DNA of 64,000 nucleotides from an uncultured Coriobacteriaceae bacterium. GTDB taxonomy: Bacteria > Actinomycetota > Coriobacteriia > Anaerosomatales > CAZWGV01. Shown one piece after another: positions 1 through 8,814 of the stretch; within the stretch, counting starts at the first letter, position 1, and each line of letters opens with the position of its first letter. Below the pieces are notes generated by a model, which searched no databases, had not been told where the DNA came from, and worked only from the letters and a program-made list of their open reading frames with translations. Made by a program: the position numbers and the translations under genes. Location: positions 33,083-97,082 of the forward strand of contig CAZWGV010000001.1 in the NCBI GenBank assembly GCA_964633595.1. The letters run 5' to 3'.

Positions 1-405
1 CTCACGAGTGACGAGGCGGAAGAGGTTTTGCGGATGCCGCCCGCCGTCACTGTCTTGGGGCTTTCGCAACTCATAGCGCATTCGGTAGTAGCCTTCTGGC
101 GCCTCGTCTACCCAGGTGCTGCCCACCCCTCCGCCGATGGTGAGTCCGGCGCCCGAGACCAGCCACCATGCAGGGCTCGGGCTGCGAGTGACGTACATGG
201 ACTCGTTCACCTCGGCTGAGCCTTCGAACGTCTCCACCAGGCGAGGTATCCAGGTGCGCTGGTCCGAGATGGCCGAGTCCGGGCGGGCACGCGCTGCCGA
301 GGCGGCCATGGTACCGGCCGTGGCGATCGCGACGATCGCAAGCGTGACCAGCATCGTGGCGGAGAGCGCGAGCATCCGTCGCGCAGAGAGCCCGGTTGTG
401 TTCAT
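1..405 (-). CDS. hypothetical membrane-anchored/secreted protein, partial (3' end outside window)
   Basis: Absent from the ORF track because it has no stop in the window. A reverse-strand ATG at 405-403 opens a frame that stays open to base 1 (135 codons: MNTTGLSARRMLALSATMLVTLAIVAIATAG..., an N-terminal hydrophobic anchor). This ATG overlaps the TGA (404-402) of the upstream deacetylase gene (ATGA coupling). Confidence 0.55.
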   Translation of the reverse strand, partial: MNTTGLSARRMLALSATMLVTLAIVAIATAGTMAASAARARPDSAISDQRTWIPRLVETFEGSAEVNESMYVTRSPSPAWWLVSGAGLTIGGGVGSTWVDEAPEGYYRMRYELRKPQDSDGGRHPQNLFRLVTRE

Positions 406-2099
406 CGGCGCGCCTCCCCTCCTTTGCCGGGGATCTCCAGTGTGCTCGCCGCCGCTGATGCGACTTCCGCCGGGCCGAGCGGAACGACCTCGAACTCCGC
501 GAGATCCAGGTTGGCCGGGGCTCCGGCCGCCGGGTCGATGCGCACAGCGAGCCCACCTCGTGCGAGCGCGGGGTCGAGACCGCGGGTGCGGGCCACCGTC
601 CACCCGTCGATCTCCAGCGTCGCCTCCAGTCCGTCAACCCGGAACGACACGCCTCTTAGGGATCCTGGTCCTGTGCCGAGGTCGACGTCCGCCTCGGCAA
701 GGGTCACGCGTCTGTTGTCGACGACCTGCTCGATCGAGGCATACCTGGAGCTGATCGTCGCGGCGATGTAGTCGCCTGGGCCTGCACGGCGCGCGACGAA
801 GCTGACCGTATCCCCGGCGCGCAGCGAGAAGCGCGCGCGGATCGCGTAGTCCTGCCACACGCGGCTGCCGTCGAGGAACGCCTCAGCGCGGCGCCGCGTG
901 GAGCGTCCACCGGTCGCCGACGCGAGCGCCCGGCCGTGCGGGGAGGTTGTCAGGACACCCGACGTAAGTGCCCAGCCAGAGGCGCCGAAGCTCGTGCGCT
1001 CCCTGAACGGGAGCTTTTTCGGCCTGCCCTGATCGAGGCGCTTCAGCAGGTCGGTAGCCGACATTCCCGAAGTGATGTAGATGCGCCGGAGCATATCACC
1101 ACGGTCGGAGGGGTAGTTGTAGGACTCGTCGATCGTCACCCCTACCTGCCGGAAGCTCAGCGGATAGATGGACGCGGCTATCGCGGGGAGGCGTTCTCGG
1201 ATCAGAGGGTCGAAGGACAGCGCTCCGTGATCGCCCCACGGGAAGGCGAGCGCGATCACGGGCTCGCCCGTCAGCCGGGCGAGTTCGTTGCGGGCGGTCC
1301 GGAGGTCGGCCGTCACGCGCTCCAGATACTCGTCGTCGCTCTCTAGACGCTCTGCGTCGAGGAGCCATTGCCTCGTTGCTAGCGCGCGATCAGCGTCGCC
1401 CAACGGACCGGCTGGGATGAGCACGTGCGAGTCAGCGGTGTGGGACTGCACGTCCCAGCGTCCGGTGCGAGCCATCATGGCGGTCTCAGGCTCTGTCAGG
1501 TAGAAGGCCTTGCCGGAGTGCGTGTTGGCCAGCACGGAGAACATGCTCGCGTGCATGCCGAGGCGCGCAAGCACTGGGTCAGCGCCGACGAAGCTGTCTG
1601 TCCGGCCGTCGTCGAAGGTGACAAGAACACTCTGCTCGGCCGGTCGCCCCGTCCCTTCGATGAAGGCCCGGAACTCGGCCATCGTGAGTGTCTTGTATCC
1701 GGCGGCCTTCAAGGCGCTCATGTGATCCTGGAACGTCTCCGGCGTCACGTTGCAGTCGGTGCCGTTGGGCTCGATGCCGTGGTAGACGAGCACGGGCAGA
1801 CCGATCGCGGTGCCGCCGGAGTTGGCGACCGGAGTCACCTGCAAGTTTGCGGTCGGGAGCAGGACCCGAGTGAACTGCCACGGACGGATGCTGGTGACGA
1901 GGCTCTGACGCGAGTGGAAGGCCCAGAGCGCGAGCCCGAGGGCGGCGAGCACGGCTATTAGCACCACTCGGCGACGCGCGGACTCGCGCGACACGGCGAT
2001 CGCGGCGGCCGGGCCGAGAGTGCTCGACAGGTTCTCGGGCGCTGCGGCTCCGGACGTGCTCGCAGTGGCCCGGCGGCCTGGCCAGCTCGGCAGTCTCAT
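402..2099 (-). CDS. polysaccharide deacetylase (CE4/NodB domain) with N-terminal TM anchor and C-terminal LamG/concanavalin-like domain
   Basis: ORF 402..2153. CE4 motifs VLVTFDDGRTDSF and HTADSH are present, with a TM helix VVLIAVLAALGLALWAF. I placed the start at the internal ATG 2099, which forms an ATGA overlap with the GT2 stop. Confidence 0.8.
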   Translation of the reverse strand: MRLPSWPGRRATASTSGAAAPENLSSTLGPAAAIAVSRESARRRVVLIAVLAALGLALWAFHSRQSLVTSIRPWQFTRVLLPTANLQVTPVANSGGTAIGLPVLVYHGIEPNGTDCNVTPETFQDHMSALKAAGYKTLTMAEFRAFIEGTGRPAEQSVLVTFDDGRTDSFVGADPVLARLGMHASMFSVLANTHSGKAFYLTEPETAMMARTGRWDVQSHTADSHVLIPAGPLGDADRALATRQWLLDAERLESDDEYLERVTADLRTARNELARLTGEPVIALAFPWGDHGALSFDPLIRERLPAIAASIYPLSFRQVGVTIDESYNYPSDRGDMLRRIYITSGMSATDLLKRLDQGRPKKLPFRERTSFGASGWALTSGVLTTSPHGRALASATGGRSTRRRAEAFLDGSRVWQDYAIRARFSLRAGDTVSFVARRAGPGDYIAATISSRYASIEQVVDNRRVTLAEADVDLGTGPGSLRGVSFRVDGLEATLEIDGWTVARTRGLDPALARGGLAVRIDPAAGAPANLDLAEFEVVPLGPAEVASAAASTLEIPGKGGEARR

Positions 2100-3475
2100 C
2101 GCGTCCCCCACCTCCCGTCGCGCAGGGTGAGGACCGCTGCCGGAAGCTGCCACACGAGGATGATGGTGGAAAGCCCGGCGAACATGAGCCCGAAGAGCCA
2201 GTCCCTGTCCTTGGTGTGCACGTAGTAGTAGAAGCCGTAGATCATCGCCATGATCCCGACTCCGAACATGTATGGGAGAGGCGGGTGCTGCAGTGTGAGA
2301 GGTATCCAGAGGAGGCAGCGCGCGACCACGGCGGGCGAGACGAGCGGCAGTATGAGGCCGGCGTAGAACGAGGCGGCCATGACCGGGTTACGGCGCCACA
2401 TGAAGGTAGCCGCGATGAGGCTCTCGCGCACCCACGACTTCTTCCAGCGCATCTGTTGGCGCAAGAAGACGCTCCAGTTGTCGGGCACCACGGTGCTGGA
2501 GAGCGCGTCGGGCATGTAGACCGTCCGATAACCCAGCCGGAGCAGGTGGTTCGTGAGGCTGCGGTCGTCGCCATAGGTGCACTGGACGCCAAGGAATCTC
2601 TGCGTGCGCCACTTCTCGAGCACTTCCTCCAGAGAAGAGCGGCGATAGGCCGAGCAGCAGCCGGAACAGCACGTCACTGACCCGAATACCGCCTCGGCGG
2701 CCTTGTAGACGTTGAACGCGATGTAGTAGCGGACGTGCTGCATCTTGGTGAGCAGGTTGGTGTCCTTGTTGTGCACTCGCGCGTGACCCGCCGCGGCCGC
2801 CACGCGCGGGTCGCCGAAGTAGCGCACTAGCTTGTGCACGGACCCCTGCTCCAGGAAGCTGTCCGAGTCCACCATCACCACGATCTCGCCGCCGGTCTGC
2901 CGAACTCCCTCGGCCATGGCCTCGCGCTTGCCCCGGTTCACCTGCCAGTCGATGACCACCGTCCTGATGCCGGCCGCGCGCGAGATGAGCGCGCCCTCGC
3001 GGATCTCGGCGAGGCTGTCGTCGTCGGAGCCGTCGTTGATGACGCAGACGTCCATGAGGTGGCGCGGATAGCCGACGGCCAGGAGATTCAGCATCGTGCG
3101 CTGGATGTTGTCCTGTTCATTCTTGCAAGGGATCACGAACGAGACCGATGGCAGGCTGCCGGCCCCTGGGACCTCCTTGGGCGTCACGTGGAGATACGAC
3201 AGCAGGAACCGCGAGAGGATGTAGGTGGACACCAGCAGGCTGTAGAGGCCGAACACGGGACCTTCGGGAAGTTGACGCAGAGTCACGAGCTTCACGGCGA
3301 GGACGACGTATACGAGGAAGAAGAACGCCGACCAGCATCCGTAGTCGCGCAACCGGCCAAAGGTACCTGTGAATGGAGCGCCCGGTTCACGAGAGGTGGG
3401 CGAGGAGTGACCGAGGAGCGGTCCGAAGATCCTCCTGCGGTGTGCGTTCTGCGGCGTAGTGTTGCGAGTAGACAC
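2096..3475 (-). CDS. processive family-2 glycosyltransferase (HasA/NodC/chitin-synthase-like)
   Basis: 459-aa ORF with multiple TM helices flanking a GT2 core. Motifs seen: VIPCKNEQ, INDGSDD, VDSDS, and QQMRWKKSWVRES (the QxxRW processivity motif, closest in form to hyaluronan/chitooligosaccharide synthases). Confidence 0.85.
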   Translation of the reverse strand: MSTRNTTPQNAHRRRIFGPLLGHSSPTSREPGAPFTGTFGRLRDYGCWSAFFFLVYVVLAVKLVTLRQLPEGPVFGLYSLLVSTYILSRFLLSYLHVTPKEVPGAGSLPSVSFVIPCKNEQDNIQRTMLNLLAVGYPRHLMDVCVINDGSDDDSLAEIREGALISRAAGIRTVVIDWQVNRGKREAMAEGVRQTGGEIVVMVDSDSFLEQGSVHKLVRYFGDPRVAAAAGHARVHNKDTNLLTKMQHVRYYIAFNVYKAAEAVFGSVTCCSGCCSAYRRSSLEEVLEKWRTQRFLGVQCTYGDDRSLTNHLLRLGYRTVYMPDALSSTVVPDNWSVFLRQQMRWKKSWVRESLIAATFMWRRNPVMAASFYAGLILPLVSPAVVARCLLWIPLTLQHPPLPYMFGVGIMAMIYGFYYYVHTKDRDWLFGLMFAGLSTIILVWQLPAAVLTLRDGRWGTR

Positions 3476-3713
3476 CGAGGACGGACCTCGTAGCTGACGG
3501 GGCGGACTCGTTGAGGCTCGGCGGGGGGACGAACCTTGAGGTCAGTGTCGTGAGGTAGCCCAGGATTCCGCCGAGCCTCAATGGGTCTATCGGCCCCTGG
3601 TGACCCGGACTGTGTGAGAGGCGTCACGGGAAGAGGAGTTTCCGATGAGCGGCGTCGGCGGAAGCGTGCTCCAATGCTGTCGCGGCCGGGGGAGTAGGGG
3701 TAGAGTCCGCATC

Positions 3714-4181
3714 ATGACCACCCTCTACATCGACGCCGATGCCTGCCCGGTCACTCGTGACGCAATCTCCGTGGCTAGAGCTGCTCGGGCCCCCGTTGTC
3801 CTGGTCGGCAATGAGACTCAGAACCTCGCCCGCTTCACCGGGAGGCCGGGCGTCAAGGCGCTTCAGGTGAGTTCGGGACGCGACGCGGCGGACTTTGCGA
3901 TCGTGGAGCAGCTCGCCGCCGAGGACGTGGTGGTCACCGCCGACATCGGGCTCGCCGCGATGGTGCTCGGCAGGGGGGCTACAGCGATCAGCCCTCGTGG
4001 CCGCGTGTTCTCTCCGGTAACTATCGATGCCGAACTTGCCGTCCGGCATGCCGAGCAGCGCCATAGGCGCGCCGGAGGCCGCACGCGCGGACCAGCGGCT
4101 TTCGAGGACGAGGACCGCGAGCGTTTTCGGGAGGTCCTGGAGGGCTTGCTGCGCGAGGGGCGTCCGAGGCGGCCGGCGTGA
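3714..4181 (+). CDS. YaiI/YqxD family protein (DUF188)
   Basis: MTTLYIDADACPV... is the typical N-terminus of the family. The ATG at 3714 lies inside ORF 3645..4181, and the stop overlaps the next gene's start. Confidence 0.7.
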   Translation: MTTLYIDADACPVTRDAISVARAARAPVVLVGNETQNLARFTGRPGVKALQVSSGRDAADFAIVEQLAAEDVVVTADIGLAAMVLGRGATAISPRGRVFSPVTIDAELAVRHAEQRHRRAGGRTRGPAAFEDEDRERFREVLEGLLREGRPRRPA

Positions 4182-5404
4182 GGGACACGCTCGCCGACAC
4201 GATGCGCGATTACCTGCGCGAACTCACCGAGCATCCTGATCGGCACGTAGGCGGGCCGGGCAACCGGGCCGCTACCAGGATGTTCGCCCAGCGCCTTACC
4301 GGGCTGAACTTCGACGTGACCATCGAGCCGTTCGACTGCGTGGAGTGGGAGTACGGGAGCGCTTCGCTGCGAGTCGCAGGCCAGCACGTACCGCTGCACG
4401 TCGGCCCCTACTCTCTCCCGTGCGATCTTAGCGCGCGCCTCGTCGCTGCTTCGACCGTGGACGAGATCGAGAGCGAGTCCGTTCGGGGCGCCGTGCTTCT
4501 CCTTCACGGGGAGGTGGCCTCGGGCCAGTTCATGCCGAGGAACTTCACGTTCTACAACCCGGAGAGCCACAAGCGCGTCTATCGCGCCCTCGACACCTAC
4601 TTGCCGGCCGCCGTGATCGCGGCCACGGGCACCGATCCGCAGCTCGTTGGCGGCCAGTACCCGTTCCCTCTATTCGAGGACGGCGACCTGGACATCCCCA
4701 ATGCGTACCTGAAAGACGCGGAGGGCGAGAAGCTGCTCCGGCACGCGGGTGAGGATGTGGCCGTGCGCATCGTGTCCAGACGGGTACCCGCCACCGCCGA
4801 CCACGTGGTGGCGAGACTGCACGGCGAGATTCCCGGACACATCGTCGTGTTCGCTCACATCGACAGCCGGAAGGGATCCCCCGGTGCGCTCGACAACGCG
4901 AGCGGAGTTGCCGCGCTGCTCGGCATAGCGCATCTGCTCGCCGAGCGTCGCGAGGAAGCGCGGCTCGGCCCGTCGATCGAGATCGTGCCCCTGAACGGCG
5001 AGGACAACTACGCCAACCCCGGCGAGATGCTGTGGTTCGAGGCGAATCGGGAGCGTGCGGACGACATCATCCTGGGCATCAACGTCGACGATGCCGGACT
5101 CGTGGGCGACGACACCCACGTTTCACTCTACGACGTTCCCGAGGAGCTGCGGCGGACCGCACTCGACGCGATCGCCCGCAGACGCGACTTCGCCGAGGGA
5201 CCACCTTGGGTACAGGGCGACCACGCGATGTTGGGCATCTTGGGGAAGCCCGCGATCGCGGTGGCGTCGGCCGGGATGGGGCGCTTCATGGCCGAGTACG
5301 CGCATACCGCGCGCGACACGGCTGACCTGGCCGATCCGGGCAAGATCGCCGAAGTGGCGAGGTTTCTCGCTGACGTCGTGACGCGTATCGGCCAACGAGC
5401 CTGA
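4178..5404 (+). CDS. M28 family metallopeptidase/aminopeptidase
   Basis: 408-aa ORF carrying VVFAHIDSRKGSPGALDNASGVAALLGIAHLL, the M28 zinc-ligand region. Confidence 0.7.
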   Translation: MRDTLADTMRDYLRELTEHPDRHVGGPGNRAATRMFAQRLTGLNFDVTIEPFDCVEWEYGSASLRVAGQHVPLHVGPYSLPCDLSARLVAASTVDEIESESVRGAVLLLHGEVASGQFMPRNFTFYNPESHKRVYRALDTYLPAAVIAATGTDPQLVGGQYPFPLFEDGDLDIPNAYLKDAEGEKLLRHAGEDVAVRIVSRRVPATADHVVARLHGEIPGHIVVFAHIDSRKGSPGALDNASGVAALLGIAHLLAERREEARLGPSIEIVPLNGEDNYANPGEMLWFEANRERADDIILGINVDDAGLVGDDTHVSLYDVPEELRRTALDAIARRRDFAEGPPWVQGDHAMLGILGKPAIAVASAGMGRFMAEYAHTARDTADLADPGKIAEVARFLADVVTRIGQRA

Positions 5405-5440
5405 CGCGTCTCGGCCCGCAGGGGCTCACTCCCTGGTGAC

Positions 5441-6037
5441 TTGCGCACGCAACGATCGCGCTCTAACGTAGGGCGCAGACACCCATCTCTCAAGGCCGGA
5501 GGAATCATGTGCGCTAGCGATGAAGCGACCATGGCAGAGGGGGGCCTGTCGATCCCCTCGGCCTCCTCGTCCTGTTCGGACACGACTCATGGGCCCAAGA
5601 CCCAGCTGTCCTTCTGTCGCCTCGTCTATCACCTGGAGCGTCAGCGGCGGCTGTTCTACGATCGCCTTCTGGAGCAGCACGGCATCGGGGCGCCACACGT
5701 GCCCGTCTTGGCGCTGCTCTGGCACGACCACGGTCGCGATACCCAGGCCACCCTGGCCGAGGAGCTCGGGGTGGACCCCGCGACCATCACTCGATGCCTC
5801 ACTCGCATCGAGCAACTCGGCTACGTCACGCGAGACATCTCAGCTCGGGATACCAGGGCGTACCTGGTCAAACTCACGGAGCCCGGTCGAGACGCCGCTC
5901 GTGCAGCAGTGAGGGCGAGTGGTGCCTGGAACGAGACGCTCGTCACCGGCTGGCCCGACGCACGACGCCGCGAGGCGCTGGTGGCCATGAGCGACATGCT
6001 CGCCAATGCGCGGCGCAGTCACCTCGAGGGCGACTAG
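5441..6037 (+). CDS. MarR family transcriptional regulator
   Basis: Winged-helix region TLAEELGVDPATITRCLTRIEQLGYVTRDISARDTRAYLVKLTEPG. The true start is probably an internal Met, since the N-terminal 40 aa are atypical. Confidence 0.7.
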   Translation: MRTQRSRSNVGRRHPSLKAGGIMCASDEATMAEGGLSIPSASSSCSDTTHGPKTQLSFCRLVYHLERQRRLFYDRLLEQHGIGAPHVPVLALLWHDHGRDTQATLAEELGVDPATITRCLTRIEQLGYVTRDISARDTRAYLVKLTEPGRDAARAAVRASGAWNETLVTGWPDARRREALVAMSDMLANARRSHLEGD

Positions 6038-6278
6038 CCGCAGGTCGCTTCTCTGATGGCCGCTGGGCCGGAAGCGGCCAGCTCCCTCCATCACCCGATC
6101 GCGGCGAGCTAACCGCGGTGACCCTCGGGTGCGTCGTGAATCCCCAGGATGGGCATGATGCCTGATAGCGGGGGTGTGCGCACTATCGCTGCGTGGCACT
6201 CTCATTGCTCACTCGGTGCCGAGTCCATGCGCCAACAGCCTCAAACGTACGCCCAGGTTGCTCGGATGGGAGCTCTGT

Positions 6279-7037
6279 ATGACCGAGCCGCAGACGCCCG
6301 AAGAAGAGCGCGCCCCTGCCCGTGTGTGGGAATCGCTGCAAGACCCCCTCACTCGCAAGCTTGCCTACGCGAGCGCGGTGGTCCTCTTGTTGTGGTTGCT
6401 GAGCTTCGCTGCCGCGATGATCATTGGTGTGCTGCGGCCCGCAGTCCCCAGGACGTCCACAGAGCGTGCCTTGATGGTCTACGAGGGCCAGGTGAACTCG
6501 GGCGAGGCGGACCTCAGAGTATGGGCTGCGTACATCAGAGCGCTCATAGGCGCGAAGCAGTACTCGGATGCCGAATCGGCTATCGAGCGCGCTTTGGCGA
6601 GCGCTCCCGAGGAGAGATCGACCATCCTCGTCGAGCGTGCACGACTGAGCTTCTCGCGCGGCGACTACGCGCAGGCGGTCGAGGTATGCGACGAGACGCT
6701 AGCGGCTGTTGAGGCTGAGCTCAGGGAGAGGGAATCGGTCACTCCGGCGAGCCAGCTACCGACTGAGAGCGTATTGCCAGAAGCGTACGGGCCGGCCCTG
6801 CTGATCAAAGCCGACTCGCTGCGAGAGCTGGGGGACGCGCAGAGGGCGCTGGAGACGTACGACACATACCTCGAAAGGTGGCCGACCGCCGCTGACGTGC
6901 TCGTTCGCCGCGGCGACATCAAGGCGTTGATCGGCGACGAGTCCGGCGCCGAGGACGACTACCGCAAAGCGCTCTCCTTCGGCGACTATGAGCCGGCGAA
7001 GGAAGGGCTCGAGCGGATAGGAGCTGATCCGCGATGA
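6279..7037 (+). CDS. membrane-anchored TPR repeat protein
   Basis: ATG 6279 is preceded by GGGAG. One TM helix (AVVLLLWLLSFAAAMIIGVL) is followed by TPR-like helical repeats (AESAIERALASAP.., GDYAQAVEVCDETL.., GDAQRALETYDTYL.., AEDDYRKALSF). The stop overlaps the NHL gene start (ATGA). Confidence 0.7.
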   Translation: MTEPQTPEEERAPARVWESLQDPLTRKLAYASAVVLLLWLLSFAAAMIIGVLRPAVPRTSTERALMVYEGQVNSGEADLRVWAAYIRALIGAKQYSDAESAIERALASAPEERSTILVERARLSFSRGDYAQAVEVCDETLAAVEAELRERESVTPASQLPTESVLPEAYGPALLIKADSLRELGDAQRALETYDTYLERWPTAADVLVRRGDIKALIGDESGAEDDYRKALSFGDYEPAKEGLERIGADPR

Positions 7038-8359
7038 GCGCCCGGCAGCAGGACAGCAGGGCATCGCGCACCAGGCGCGGGCTCGCCGCGGTGCTCGCAC
7101 TCCTCCTCGTTCTCCTCGCCGCCACTTCCCTCTACCTGATAGGAGTTGTGCGTCCGCCAGGGTCGGAGGACATCGAGAGATCGGCGCGCGCCGGGAATCT
7201 CGAGTGGGTCCGCTCTATCTACGGATTCGGCTCCACTCAGGAGGAGCAGCTCAACGCCCCCAACGACGTCGCTGTCGGGCCCGAGGGCACGATCTGGGTT
7301 GCAGATCAGGCCAGGGCGCGGGTACTGGGGTTCGGGCCCGACGGATCCTACGAAACCGTGTTGCACAGAGGCCCCAGGGGCTCTTCAGAGGACGCACTGG
7401 CCTTCCCGGCCTCGCTCGCGGTGGATGAGGATGGGCTCATCTACATAGGAGACATGATGAAGGACAGGGTCGTCGTCATGTCTCGCGACAACGAGATCCT
7501 GCGGGAGTACTACGTTCCGGGTCCTCTCTCGGTGGACGTGCGAGGGGATCGCATCGTCGCCGGATCAGCGGCGGGCTTCGTCATCTTCGACAAGCAGGGA
7601 GAGGTCGTCCGGCTCGTCGGCACCAGGGGGCAGGGTGACGGGCAGTTCGACGGTGTGCGGGGTGTGGCTATCGCGCCCGACGGCGCCATCTTCGTAGTCG
7701 ATCAGTACAACAACCGCATCAGCGCGTACGACTCCGAGGGCGAGCGCCTTTGGATGAGGGAAACCGGTATCCCGGCGAACAGGTCGCGGATGGCCGAGGG
7801 TGAGACCTCCTTCGAGACTACCGCCGAGGCCGGACTGATCCTGCCCGCTCGGATCGAGGTGGACGGCTCGGGACGCCTCGTGATCGTGGACCCGTTCGAT
7901 TTCTCGATCGCCGTCCTTGATGCGGAGGATGGCAGCCTGATCGCCAAGCACGGTACCTATGGGGGCACCGACGGGCAGTTCCTGTATCCAACGGGCATCG
8001 CGTTCGACCCTGGACGCGACTGGTTCGTCGTTGCTGACACCGGGAACAGCAGGGTGCAGATAGTGCGTATCTCGGGATCGGGTGGTAGCGCGACTGCAGT
8101 GGTCAGCCGTACCCTCGCCGGGCCCTTGAGCGCGTGCGCCCTCCCTCTGTCTGGGCTGGTTCTGTTGGTGGCCTTGATCCTGCTGGTGCGAGCCATGCGA
8201 AGTCGAAGAGGCTCGCGAGGCGGTGAGGCCCCCGCTGATCGCGACTCTGCGGTCGTGGTCGGGGACTCGGGTGCGGTCACGGAACCCAGCGAGAAGGCCG
8301 ACGTAACGCAGGGTCAGGACTCCTCCGTCGACGTGTCGGCGGATGGCGGGGACGAGTAG
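7034..8359 (+). CDS. NHL-repeat six-bladed beta-propeller protein with N- and C-terminal TM helices
   Basis: Six NHL-like blades are visible (VAVGPEGTIWVADQARARVLGF, LAVDEDGLIYIGDMMKDRVVVM, GVAIAPDGAIFVVDQYNNRISAY, IEVDGSGRLVIVDPFDFSIAVL, GIAFDPGRDWFVVADTGNSRVQIV). N-terminal TM LAAVLALLLVLLAATSLYLIGVV, C-terminal TM LSGLVLLVALILLV, and an acidic tail. Confidence 0.85.
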   Translation: MSARQQDSRASRTRRGLAAVLALLLVLLAATSLYLIGVVRPPGSEDIERSARAGNLEWVRSIYGFGSTQEEQLNAPNDVAVGPEGTIWVADQARARVLGFGPDGSYETVLHRGPRGSSEDALAFPASLAVDEDGLIYIGDMMKDRVVVMSRDNEILREYYVPGPLSVDVRGDRIVAGSAAGFVIFDKQGEVVRLVGTRGQGDGQFDGVRGVAIAPDGAIFVVDQYNNRISAYDSEGERLWMRETGIPANRSRMAEGETSFETTAEAGLILPARIEVDGSGRLVIVDPFDFSIAVLDAEDGSLIAKHGTYGGTDGQFLYPTGIAFDPGRDWFVVADTGNSRVQIVRISGSGGSATAVVSRTLAGPLSACALPLSGLVLLVALILLVRAMRSRRGSRGGEAPADRDSAVVVGDSGAVTEPSEKADVTQGQDSSVDVSADGGDE

Positions 8360-8428
8360 CAGTCCCGCCGCCCCGATCGGGATCAGCGCGACCCGTCAAT
8401 CTGCGTTAAGGATGGCACACCATTCGCA

Positions 8429-8434
8429 TATACT
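8429..8434 (+). promoter_or_regulatory. candidate -10 element TATACT (would give a leader of roughly 375 nt for the hexahaem cytochrome gene)
   Basis: The hexamer with its context (TATACTCCT) recurs just upstream of ffs (56943) and dnaX (57111). No experimental support. Confidence 0.3.
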
Positions 8435-8814
8435 CCTATGCCCGACTGAATAGGCGTCAGTGGGTAGAAACACAGCGGTACGAGTTCGGATCGTTGATAT
8501 GGAGGATGCAAGGCCGAGATCGGTGAGTCCGGCTGGGCCACGGAAAACCTCCAGCTAGAGAGCGCAATCTGTACTCCGCGGTCGCAGTACGACGGTACCC
8601 GTCGTCCCGGTGCGCGGACCTGGCTAGGCACCTCCCTGCATAGCGGTCCGCCTGCAACCAAACCAGAACGCATATGCATACCGGCGCTCTCACAAGAACG
8701 GAACGTTGCGACCGCAAGAATCGCCGGTGATGCGGATCTCAGGAAGGAGGGACGGCCGTGATCGGGAGAGCGCATCAGCAGGACCCAAGGAAGACCAGAA
8801 CTGAAGGAGGCAAG

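Noticed and set aside
71-754. ORFs 71..637 (-), 116..754 (+) and 28..219 (+) at the left edge.
   Set aside because: The region is better explained by the ATGA-coupled minus-strand partial gene 1..405 and the C-terminus of the deacetylase. The listed ORFs have shadow-ORF composition.
8470-8560. Local resemblance of acacagcgg...ggaggatgcaaggcc to the GEMM-I (c-di-GMP/cGAMP riboswitch) core CACAGGGC...GGGACGCAAAGCC. This was tempting because GEMM-I elements control Geobacter cytochromes.
   Set aside because: I could not build the two canonical hairpins: there is no GNRA-capped P1 and no matching tetraloop receptor helix. The conserved ACGCAAAGC is altered. I keep only the generic claim of a long structured leader. 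A covariance-model scan is needed.
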